Assembly: GCA_003219435.1 (NCBI GenBank)
Contig: QHOW01000064.1
Coordinates: 1 to 36,078, forward strand
Origin: Verrucomicrobiota bacterium
GTDB lineage: Bacteria > Verrucomicrobiota > Verrucomicrobiia > Chthoniobacterales > UBA10450
Direction of reading: 5' to 3'
DNA: 36,078 nt
A model generated the notes under the pieces. The model searched no databases, was not told the origin of the DNA, and saw only the letters and a program-made list of their open reading frames with translations. The translations under genes and the position numbers were made by a program. Within the stretch, counting starts at the first letter, position 1. Every line of letters starts with the position of its first letter. Shown piece by piece: positions 17,716 to 25,101 of this stretch.

Positions 17716-17727
17716 GGCGACGCGTTG

Positions 17728-18195
17728 CTAGCCGGACGGGGGCGCAGTTTCCCATGTCATGAAATCGTCCAGCGCTTGGCGGGCTTTGTCCGCGACAAAT
17801 TCGATAACGGTCGCGTCATCGACGAAGCCTAGAAACGGAGTTTTGTCTGGAATCAAATCGAATGGGTCGACCAAATAGTTGAGACCGGCTACGATCCATA
17901 TAAGAGTATCATTCCTAACCTGCTGGTATTCACCGCGCTCGTACGCGCGGACCAGCCGCAGCATCGTCTGAAGATACGGCCAATTTTCCTTGAACGGATG
18001 CCTGGGGAGCGACGCCGCCTTTCTCGCGGCCTGTTCAAAAAGCGAGCGCAGACCGCCGGAACCGGCGAGACACAATTTTGCTTCGCTGAGCGCCCGGGCA
18101 AACGCCTCGCTACGCAGGGCCGGTTTCTGATAGGAAAGGTGCCTTTCGGCGCGCGATTTCGTTTTCGCTTTTCTCATCGCATGAGATGAAAGCAT
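17728..18195 (-). CDS. DUF1232 (YkvA family) protein
   Basis: AGLNYLVDPFDLIPDKTPFLGFVDDATVI matches the YkvA/DUF1232 core motif. Confidence 0.7.
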   Translation of the reverse strand: MLSSHAMRKAKTKSRAERHLSYQKPALRSEAFARALSEAKLCLAGSGGLRSLFEQAARKAASLPRHPFKENWPYLQTMLRLVRAYERGEYQQVRNDTLIWIVAGLNYLVDPFDLIPDKTPFLGFVDDATVIEFVADKARQALDDFMTWETAPPSG

Positions 18196-18226
18196 TTCGG
18201 TTCGCGGATGAGAAGCCGATTCTTGA

Positions 18227-19252
18227 TTAAGGTTTTGTCGCCAGAATTAGCGGTGAAGGCCCCGGCGCCTGAAGCTTTCGCACTTTCTTGAAGCCCGCTT
18301 CTTGCAACCAGCCCTTGATTTCGTTGAAGCTGAAGGTGTCGCCTTTTTCGGTGTTGACCAGCATTTGCACGGCAAACATCAGTGACGGTAGGGGTTTCGT
18401 GCGATCGTCATCGACAAGCCATTCTGCAATGGCGATCGTGCCGCCGGATTTGAGCGCGCGAAAAGTTTTCTTGAGCAACTCGCGGCTGCGTTCTTCGCCT
18501 TCGCTATGCAAGATGTGGCCGAGCGTGGCGACGTCGTAGCCGCTACCAAAATTCGCGTCCAATATATCGCCCTCGACATAATTAAAGCGATCGCCTACGC
18601 CGAACTTTTGTGTGGTTCGTTTGGCTGTCGGAATCATTCCTGCCCAATCGACTGCGGTCACCCGCACCCGCGGCGATTTTTGGGCGAGCGCGATGCCCCA
18701 AATGCCTGAACCTGCGGCAAGATCGAGCACGCGAATTTCGTTCCTTGTCCTCGCCAACTTCAAATGATCGCCGAGCTTTTGCGCAGGCGGATAGCTCATC
18801 GGAATGATGTTCTCCACCAGCTGACTGAAGAATTCTGTGCCTTCGGCTTCTTGGTTCACGGCGACGGCCGGACGACCTTCGCGAACGATGTCGGACAATC
18901 GTAGCCATCGTGAGATGATCTGCGGTGCAATGGTTCCAAAAAATCCCGCGTGCGTGCCCGGTTTGTTGCTCAAAAGGAAGGCGGCGCTTTCTGGCGTTAG
19001 CGAATATTTTTCATTTCGATCTTTTTTCAGAAGATCGAGACCGACAAGCGCATTCATCAAAATCCGCAGAGCGCGCGCCGACGCGCCGGTTTGCCCTGCA
19101 ACTTGCTCTGCAGTTTTTGCGCCGCCTTCCAAAGAATCGAAAACTTTGTTGCTCACACCCGCGCTGATGATCAGCGGCGGCGCGTAAGCGAAGCCAAGTT
19201 CCATCAAACGTTCGGGCGTGACCTGTTTTTTCCGGCGAGTTTTCTTAGGCAT
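18227..19252 (-). CDS. SAM-dependent O-methyltransferase (Methyltransf_2 type with N-terminal dimerisation/winged-helix domain)
   Basis: VLDLAAGSGIWGIALA motif I and the downstream DVATLGHILHSEGEE ... LKSGGTIAIAEWL. About 340 aa, typical of this class. Confidence 0.8.
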   Translation of the reverse strand: MPKKTRRKKQVTPERLMELGFAYAPPLIISAGVSNKVFDSLEGGAKTAEQVAGQTGASARALRILMNALVGLDLLKKDRNEKYSLTPESAAFLLSNKPGTHAGFFGTIAPQIISRWLRLSDIVREGRPAVAVNQEAEGTEFFSQLVENIIPMSYPPAQKLGDHLKLARTRNEIRVLDLAAGSGIWGIALAQKSPRVRVTAVDWAGMIPTAKRTTQKFGVGDRFNYVEGDILDANFGSGYDVATLGHILHSEGEERSRELLKKTFRALKSGGTIAIAEWLVDDDRTKPLPSLMFAVQMLVNTEKGDTFSFNEIKGWLQEAGFKKVRKLQAPGPSPLILATKP

Positions 19253-19305
19253 ATCGGATTTGAGATTTCGGAGCTAAGATCGACAAATAAGATTGAGAAT
19301 CAATT

Positions 19306-20490
19306 GTGACCAAGCATTCTTCTGACGTTCGGGCGCCGCGCCTTACCGCCTTCTGCAAAACACGCGAAGAAATGGAAGCGAGCGAACGCGCCGTGCTCGC
19401 GCCGTTTGCCGAAAAATCCGGTGACTCACGCGGTCGAGAATGCCCAGAACCAAGCCATGGGTATCGCACGGAATTTCAACGCGACAGGGCGCGGATCATT
19501 CATTCGCGCGCTTTTCGCCGGCTCGAATACAAAACGCAGGTTTTCCTGAACGGGACTGGCGATCACCTGCGCACACGCTTGACTCACTCGATCGAAGTTG
19601 CCTCGATTAGCCGGACAATCGCGCGCGCCTTGGGATTGAACGAGGACTTGGCGGAAGCAATTGCGCTCGCGCACGATTTGGGTCATTCGCCTTTTGGCCA
19701 CTCAGGAGAAGAGATGCTCGCCGAATGTATGCGCGACCACGGTGGGTTCGATCATAACCGCCAGAGTCTGCGAGTCGTGGAGCTGCTCGAAAATCCTTAT
19801 CCAAACTTTCCCGGCTTAAACCTGACATTTGAGGTGCGCGAAGGTCTGCGAAAACACCAGGTCATTTACGATCCACTCACATCTGGGGAGGAAAAATATT
19901 GCTGCCCATCATTGGAGGCACAGGTTGCGGATCTCGCGGACGAGATCACTTATTACAGCCACGATCTCGATGATGCGGTCGATTTTGAAATTTTAAGCGC
20001 GGCGCGATTGGAAGAAAACGAAATCTGGCGGCGGACCCATCACGCGGTGGTTTCTCGTTATCCTAATGCACGCGAACCCGATCTGCACAAGTTGATCATT
20101 CGCGAAATTATCGATATGCAGGTGCGCGATGTAATAATGACAAGCGCCCAATCGATTGCTGATGCCAGCGTGAAAAGCGCGGAGGAAGCGCGCCGGCAGC
20201 CGGTGGCGCTCATTCGCTACAGCGACGAATTATTCCAGGCGAACCGCGAGCTGCGAAAATTTTTATATCAAAATGTTTATTACCATCCGCGCGTCGCCGA
20301 CGTGAACCGGCGCGCATGCGAGATGTTGCGGCGTGTTTTTGACGCGTACATCGCCAATCCAGAACTACTTGGCGAAGCGGCAGCGAGACGGATCAAGAAC
20401 GAGGGATTGCACCGGACAGCATGCGATTACATTGCGGGAATGACGGATCGATATTTGATGGAGGAATACGAGCGAATTGTGACTCTGTAG
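19306..20490 (+). CDS. dgt: dGTPase-like deoxynucleoside triphosphate triphosphohydrolase (HD domain)
   Basis: FQRDRARIIHSRAFRRLEYKTQVF, RLTHSIEVASISR and AHDLGHSPFGHSGEE. The track ORF uses a GTG start at 19306; the ATG near 19372 (MEASERAVLAPFA) is an alternative. Confidence 0.9.
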   Translation: MTKHSSDVRAPRLTAFCKTREEMEASERAVLAPFAEKSGDSRGRECPEPSHGYRTEFQRDRARIIHSRAFRRLEYKTQVFLNGTGDHLRTRLTHSIEVASISRTIARALGLNEDLAEAIALAHDLGHSPFGHSGEEMLAECMRDHGGFDHNRQSLRVVELLENPYPNFPGLNLTFEVREGLRKHQVIYDPLTSGEEKYCCPSLEAQVADLADEITYYSHDLDDAVDFEILSAARLEENEIWRRTHHAVVSRYPNAREPDLHKLIIREIIDMQVRDVIMTSAQSIADASVKSAEEARRQPVALIRYSDELFQANRELRKFLYQNVYYHPRVADVNRRACEMLRRVFDAYIANPELLGEAAARRIKNEGLHRTACDYIAGMTDRYLMEEYERIVTL

Positions 20491-20567
20491 CCGCTTCGCT
20501 GTGCGAAGCGTGGCGCTGACGTCTTTGAAACGCACGCGTCGCGCGTCTCACAGAGACGCGGCTACAG
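20485..20567. repeat. 83-nt GC-rich structured element exactly filling the gap between the convergent dgt and Lon-domain stop codons
   Basis: Outer 10-bp stem CTGTAGCCGC (20485..20494) / GCGGCTACAG (20558..20567). Two inner 8-bp hairpins with 3-nt loops: CGCTTCGC-TGT-GCGAAGCG (20492..20510) and CGCGTCTC-ACA-GAGACGCG (20542..20560). Confidence 0.7.
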
Positions 20568-21200
20568 TCACGCTGCCGCACTGCCGTTTTCCTCCCGCAG
20601 ATATTGAATGAGAAGCCGCAGCCGTCGATTCGTGGAAAGTTCTTCCATGATGCGCTGGCGGTGCAGCGGATCGCTCACGAAAGTTGAAGCAACCAGATCA
20701 GCAAGCATTTCCGGGTCGCTCAAATCGGAGAGATACCGATCCACTTTTGGTGGAAGCTGCCGCTGCCCATCCCCCTTAAGACTGGAATAGAGCTCCAGCA
20801 CTTTGGCCGCGAGTGCTTCGGTTTCCACCGAGGAAGCGGAGTCGCTCTCAAGCGAATCAATGGTTGCAATTGGAAATGGCCTTTCCTGTTCGAAGTCCCT
20901 GAATCGTACCCGCTCCAATCCTTGCAGGATCAGGTTCGACGTGCCGTCGCCGCGTTCGACACAGGCGCGAATGAGACCGACGCCGGCGGTGTGAAAAAAA
21001 TCGGCGGTCGATTGCCAGTCTGCGCAGCCCGGTTTAATCAATGCGACGCAAAACATGCGGTGATGGGCGAGGGCGTGTTTCAGCATCTGCCGGTAGCGGA
21101 GCTCGAAGATATAAAGCGGAAGCAGTGCGTGTGGAAAAAGCAAAGCGCCGGGCAAAGGCATGACTGGCAACTGCCCAGGCAAAATTATAGATGACGACAT
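20568..21200 (-). CDS. Lon N-terminal (LON substrate-binding) domain protein
   Basis: LPVMPLPGALLFPHALLPLYIFELRYRQML is the classic start of the Lon N-domain. At 210 aa it carries no AAA or protease domain. Confidence 0.8.
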   Translation of the reverse strand: MSSSIILPGQLPVMPLPGALLFPHALLPLYIFELRYRQMLKHALAHHRMFCVALIKPGCADWQSTADFFHTAGVGLIRACVERGDGTSNLILQGLERVRFRDFEQERPFPIATIDSLESDSASSVETEALAAKVLELYSSLKGDGQRQLPPKVDRYLSDLSDPEMLADLVASTFVSDPLHRQRIMEELSTNRRLRLLIQYLREENGSAAA

Positions 21201-21261
21201 GATGTACAGGCTCCCTTGTAAAATATGCGCCTGGTGGAAAGAGCAAAACGCTCCAATATTA

Positions 21262-21482
21262 AAATGACGAAGTCCGAATGCCGAATGACGAATGAAACGC
21301 GAATGACGAAGTCAGAAGCAACATAACAAGGAGCGGTCGCTTTCCAGCCGCCGAGGGCGCTTAAGAAACCGCCCTTCCTTGATGTTTGCCGCGAAGCTCT
21401 TTCCACAGTGGGCCAAAGCCTTTTGGTTCGACCTTCGGATTTCGTCATTCCTTCGTCCTTCGTCCTTCGCGCTTCGTCATTC
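21262..21482. repeat. Long imperfect hairpin built from CGAATGA-type heptads, with a 114-nt central insert
   Basis: The left arm (21262..21318) is AATGACGAAGTCCGAATGCCGAATGACGAATGAAACGCGAATGACGAAGTCAGAAG. The right arm (21433..21482) is CTTCGGATTTCGTCATTCCTTCGTCCTTCGTCCTTCGCGCTTCGTCATTC. The right arm overlaps the last codons of aroD. Confidence 0.8.
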
Positions 21483-22200
21483 TCCGTCCAATTCCGAACG
21501 CGCGAAGTTGTTCGAGCGACATTTGGCCTTCGATGTCGCTCGCCGCGGCGACTGAGCCATAGACAAGAGCAGAGCCGCGATAAGCGAGCAGAACGCGCGA
21601 AATTGCGCCAAGTTTGCCGATTCCCATCGCGCTTACGGCAAGTCCGAGGTCTTTCTTTGTGACGAAGTCGAGCAATCGCGCGAGCTGCGCTGGCGTGTCG
21701 GTGCGCGTTGCCACTTTGAAAATATCTGCGCCCAGCGATTTCGCCCTGCGCGCTTTGACCTGCAAGGCGCCCAAGTCTGGTGTGGCTTTGAGATCATGAA
21801 ACGAAATGATGCACCGCACATTTTTTTTGCGCGCTAATCTTAATAACGAATGGAGGGCAGCCGCCGAGCGTAATTCGACGTCGATCCACCAGGCATGGGG
21901 CAAAAACAGAGAGAGCAGATCGCGCCGCTGACGGAGGTTTAATTTATTTGCACCGCCTTCCTGCGGATGCCGTGCGGTCACGATAAGTGGTGCGCGCAGT
22001 CGCGACATTTTTTCTTCCAGCTCGTCCAATCCGGCGGCTGCCGGACCTACGAGATGATCCAGCCGCAGTTCAAACAAATCCGGCCGTTTTCGTATTCGAA
22101 CGGCGTGATCCAGGTCCCCGCGCGACATGATTACGCCCACTACACGAGGTCGCGAGTGTTCGTTAGCGGAACTGGGTTTGGTTACAGAAGGTTCAACCAC
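21445..22200 (-). CDS. aroD: 3-dehydroquinate dehydratase, type I
   Basis: LFELRLDHL, IISFHDLKATP and ADIFKVATRT (catalytic His and Lys contexts of type I DHQase). It has a GTG start at 22200, and both termini lie inside repeat elements, so the exact ends are uncertain. Confidence 0.85.
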   Translation of the reverse strand: MVEPSVTKPSSANEHSRPRVVGVIMSRGDLDHAVRIRKRPDLFELRLDHLVGPAAAGLDELEEKMSRLRAPLIVTARHPQEGGANKLNLRQRRDLLSLFLPHAWWIDVELRSAAALHSLLRLARKKNVRCIISFHDLKATPDLGALQVKARRAKSLGADIFKVATRTDTPAQLARLLDFVTKKDLGLAVSAMGIGKLGAISRVLLAYRGSALVYGSVAAASDIEGQMSLEQLRAFGIGRRMTKREGRRTKE

Positions 22201-22397
22201 GAATGGACACGAATGAACACGAATGAAATATGAGCGAATGACGAAGCACGAATGACGAATGACGAATGAATGACAAAATGTCGAATGTCGAAAGGTCGCG
22301 GTGGCTAAAGTAAGTCATTCGGGATTCGACATTGATTCGTCATCCGTCATTCGGATTTCGTCATTTAATGCCTTTGTACATTCGTGTTCATTCGTGG
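22197..22397. repeat. About 200-nt imperfect hairpin built from CACGAATG / CGAATGA short-period repeats
   Basis: The left arm is 22197..22295 and the right arm 22314..22397. The outer 18 bp CACGAATGAACACGAATG pairs perfectly with CATTCGTGTTCATTCGTG. The inner arms are GAATGACGAATGACGAATGAATGACAAAATGTCGAATGTCG versus GTCATTCGGGATTCGACATTGATTCGTCATCCGTCATTCGGATTTCGTCATT. Confidence 0.85.
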
Positions 22398-22404
22398 TTA
22401 GGCT

Positions 22405-22998
22405 TTAGGAGCAGCGCGAAAGCATTCTCTCAACGTACTTGGCCAGAACATCGAACTCGAGATTCAGCAAATCGCCGGCTTTCGCGCGATCGAGATTGGT
22501 GTGGCGTTTCGTGTGAGGGATAATCCAGACGACGAAGCTTTTCGGAAGGACTTCAGCGACCGTGAGGCTGATGCCGTTCATTGCGATTGAACCTTTACTC
22601 ACGACGTAATGTGCAAACTCAGCAGGTAGCTCAACTTCCAAGCGATGGTCACCTGCGCGCTCTTCAAAAGCCAAAATCGGCGAAGTGCAATCGATGTGAC
22701 CCTGGACAAAATGTCCGCCAAGGCGCCCCTCTGCGGAGAGGGCGCGCTCGAGATTTACCGGAGCATCGGGCCGCAGTACTTTTAGATTGGTACGATCAAT
22801 TGTTTCCTCGAGAAGATCGAAAGTGAGTTGATCGCCGCGCCACGAACCTAACGTGAGGCAACAGCCATTCACAGCCACGCTGTCGCCGGTGCGTATTTTT
22901 TTCGCGATCTGCGGCGCGGCAATTTGTAATTGGGCGCCGCGATCGCTGGCGCGCACGGCGATCACGCTGCCGACTTCTTCGATCAGGCCGGTGAACAT
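22405..22998 (-). CDS. ribE: Riboflavin synthase alpha chain
   Basis: MFTGLIEEVG N-terminus and the internal duplicated barrel (second repeat HFVQGHIDC). Confidence 0.95.
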   Translation of the reverse strand: MFTGLIEEVGSVIAVRASDRGAQLQIAAPQIAKKIRTGDSVAVNGCCLTLGSWRGDQLTFDLLEETIDRTNLKVLRPDAPVNLERALSAEGRLGGHFVQGHIDCTSPILAFEERAGDHRLEVELPAEFAHYVVSKGSIAMNGISLTVAEVLPKSFVVWIIPHTKRHTNLDRAKAGDLLNLEFDVLAKYVERMLSRCS

Positions 22999-23091
22999 GA
23001 CGAATTATCTGTTAGATCAAATGAACCATTCTTGGCAAATCAACTCGTGAAGGCATTCGGAGTCGATAGCCCAGCGTCAATGAAATGACGA

Positions 23092-23363
23092 AGCACCCGC
23101 CTTCGCTGCGCTACGCCGCGGCAGGCCCGCTCCTCCGTTATCATTTTTTCTGAACGCGGAGCTTGATCTTGCCTGGGGAGCACAGCCTGTTCATCTCGGC
23201 AGCTTGCCGAGATGCATTGTCCATTCACGCGAAGACACCTCGCTAAGTGTTGCCGGCAAGCTGCCGGCAACTACAAGGGCGAGGAGCCTGTGCTCCCCAG
23301 AATGAGCCGACGTTTCGGCATTTGGATTTCGCCTGCCGCGCCGTAGCTACGCGAAGGCGGGTC
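23092..23363. repeat. About 270-bp nested palindromic element (candidate MITE/BIME-like mosaic) in the ribE/permease divergent spacer
   Basis: Outer arms: GCACCCGCCTTCGCTGCGCTACGCCGCGGCAGGC (23092..23125) versus GCCTGCCGCGCCGTAGCTACGCGAAGGCGGGTC (23331..23363). Inner arm: CTGGGGAGCACAG (about 23173..23185) versus CTGTGCTCCCCAG (about 23288..23300). Two perfect 10-bp hairpins: CATCTCGGCA-GCT-TGCCGAGATG (23192..23214) and GTTGCCGGCA-AGC-TGCCGGCAAC (23249..23271). Confidence 0.75.
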
Positions 23364-23421
23364 ATTCTTTGTCTTTTGTTCGCGCTGGCCGGGATCACCG
23401 ATCCGGGCTACAACCTACGGC

Positions 23422-24783
23422 GTGGCCGTGTTCTCTGATACGATCGCGTTGACTGCCGATCCCGCCATCTTCGGCATCCCGGTCGATTTCATTTTGTTCG
23501 GGCTGACGCTGCTTGGGGTCGCAGTGTTCCATCAACATACCCTGCGCGTTGCCCTCGCCGGTCTGGTGAGTATCTCGATCTATAAGATTGCTTTCACTGG
23601 CTTTGATACAGGTGATGGCGTCACTGGTTTGGTCGCCCACGTCGAGCACGAGTGGGTCATCCTCGCCAATCTGCTTTGTCTGCTGATGGGCTTCGCGTTG
23701 TTATCGCGCCATTTCGAAAAAAGTCATGTGCCCGTGGCGTTGCCAAAGTACCTTCCCCATGACTGGAAGGGCGGTTTCATCTTATTGGTGATGGTGTGGG
23801 TTCTTTCCAGTTTTCTCGATAACATCGCCGCGGCGTTGATCGGCGGCGCGATGGCGAATCAACTCTTCCGCGCCAAAGTGCATATCGGGTATCTTGCCGC
23901 AATCGTTGCCGCATCCAATGCCGGTGGCTCCTGGAGTGTGATAGGCGATACGACGACCACGATGATGTGGATCGCGGGTGTCTCGCCGATCCAGGTATTC
24001 CATGCAATCAGCGCCTCGTCGGTGGCATTATTGGTTTTCGGGATCCCTGCCGCAATCAAACAACAAAGATACTCGCCCATTTTAGGAGACGTCCACGAAT
24101 ATCCGGGTGTCGATTGGATGCGGATCGGCATAGTCGGCCTGATTCTTGGGCTCGCCCTCGCCACCAACGTGATCGTAAATGTGAAGTTCACCGGACAAGG
24201 GGACCATTTCCCGTTTATCGGCGTGGCCGTGTGGGTGGCGATCGTCGTCTCCGCGGGAATGCGCCGACCAGACTGGGAAGTACTCCCGAGAGCCTTCCGA
24301 GGCTCGATCTTTCTGCTTTCACTAGTGTTAATTGCTTCGATGATGCCGGTGGAGAAATTGCCCTTGGCATCCTCGAGAACGACGCTGGGCCTGGGTTTTC
24401 TTTCCGCCGTGTTCGACAACATTCCGCTCACGGCGCTCGCGCTCGACCAGGGCGGCTACGACTGGGGCATGCTCGCCTATGCGGTGGGGTTCGGTGGCTC
24501 GATGATCTGGTTTGGGTCATCCGCGGGCGTTGCAATTTCCAGTATCTTCCCGGAAGCGCGCTCTGTGGGTCGATGGATCAAAGGCGGATGGTTTGTCGCC
24601 GTTGCCTACGTAACGGGATTCAGTGTGATGTTGATGGTGATCGGCTGGCATCCGGAGCCAAAGCGGCGCCCCAAACATGAGCTGCGCACACGTGATTCGC
24701 TAAAAAGTTACATCGGATTCAACGATTCAACGTTTAACGAACGGCATAAATGGGCTAACCGAAAACTCATTATCAATCACTGA
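23422..24783 (+). CDS. NhaD/ArsB/CitMHS-superfamily ion transporter (NhaD-type Na+/H+ antiporter-like)
   Basis: About 11-12 TM segments. SSFLDNIAAALIGGAMA and LSAVFDNIPLTALAL resemble the two conserved DN-containing hairpin motifs of NhaD/ArsB permeases. It has a GTG start. The last roughly 20 codons run into a GATTCAAC tandem array (24716..24741). Confidence 0.8.
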   Translation: MAVFSDTIALTADPAIFGIPVDFILFGLTLLGVAVFHQHTLRVALAGLVSISIYKIAFTGFDTGDGVTGLVAHVEHEWVILANLLCLLMGFALLSRHFEKSHVPVALPKYLPHDWKGGFILLVMVWVLSSFLDNIAAALIGGAMANQLFRAKVHIGYLAAIVAASNAGGSWSVIGDTTTTMMWIAGVSPIQVFHAISASSVALLVFGIPAAIKQQRYSPILGDVHEYPGVDWMRIGIVGLILGLALATNVIVNVKFTGQGDHFPFIGVAVWVAIVVSAGMRRPDWEVLPRAFRGSIFLLSLVLIASMMPVEKLPLASSRTTLGLGFLSAVFDNIPLTALALDQGGYDWGMLAYAVGFGGSMIWFGSSAGVAISSIFPEARSVGRWIKGGWFVAVAYVTGFSVMLMVIGWHPEPKRRPKHELRTRDSLKSYIGFNDSTFNERHKWANRKLIINH

Positions 24784-24921
24784 TCAGTTGGATTTGGCGG
24801 CATCCGTGAGATCCGTGGTTCTCTTGTAAAATCATCTTCCGCCTTCTTGATTCGTGTGAATTCGTGTCCACCTGTCCGCCGTAGCCCTCGGGCGAAGGTG
24901 GATTCGTGGTTGGCAGGACGC

Positions 24922-24959
24922 TCAAAAAACTTCAAAAAAAGCGAAAAAAAAGCTTGTCA
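24922..24959 (+). promoter_or_regulatory. Distal copy of a duplicated A-tract plus TTGTCA module
   Basis: TCAAAAAACTTCAAAAAAAGCGAAAAAAAAGCTTGTCA. It differs from the proximal copy by one A and one C/T. No good -10 hexamer sits at the proper spacing. Confidence 0.4.
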
Positions 24960-25017
24960 GGCTTTTGAATCTTAAATAGACGGGAAGATGCGACGACAAG
25001 AAGGCCTTAACAGCCGT

Positions 25018-25078
25018 TCAAAAAAACTTCAAAAAAAGTGAAAAAAAAGCTTGTCATCGCTTCAGAGATTGGATAATT
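25018..25078 (+). promoter_or_regulatory. Proximal A-tract (UP-like) plus -35/-10 promoter candidate for the TonB-dependent receptor gene
   Basis: Three A-runs start at 25020, 25031 and 25041 (10-11 nt phasing). TTGTCA lies at 25051..25056, and GATAAT at 25072..25077 (15-nt spacer; ATAATT gives 16). The receptor ATG is at 25102. Confidence 0.5.
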
Positions 25079-25101
25079 CCTGCGAAAACCTAACCAAACC
25101 A

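Noticed and set aside
19306-20490. dGTPase as an anti-phage defence gene
   Set aside because: It is a single housekeeping-type Dgt-like gene in a core-gene context, with no neighbouring defence or mobile genes. Nothing in the sequence distinguishes it from the common chromosomal paralogue.
20485-20567. tRNA-like gene (about 83 nt with an outer stem and internal hairpins)
   Set aside because: The internal stems are 8 bp with 3-nt loops. There is no D-loop GG, no T-loop GTTCRANYC, no 7-nt anticodon loop and no proper acceptor geometry.
21185-21448. 87-aa minus-strand ORF (contains SFVIRHSDFVI)
   Set aside because: Its sequence is simply the translation of the heptad repeat arms and the central insert. 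Similar repeat-derived peptides appear wherever these arrays occur.
21262-22397. CRISPR array hypothesis for the periodic repeats
   Set aside because: The units are only 7-8 nt, directly abutting with no unique spacers, and no cas genes are present. The arrangement is inverted arms, not direct repeats with spacers.
22999-23421. FMN (RFN) riboswitch upstream of ribE
   Set aside because: On the minus strand only a weak GGCAGGCGAAATCC resemblance is present. The conserved ACCGGCGGT, CCGACAGT and AGTCTGGATG blocks are absent, and the region is better explained as a nested palindrome.
24784-25101. Cobalamin riboswitch upstream of the TonB-dependent receptor
   Set aside because: No B12-box-like sequence or GC-rich multi-stem core is present. 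The region is A-rich with duplicated promoter-like modules.
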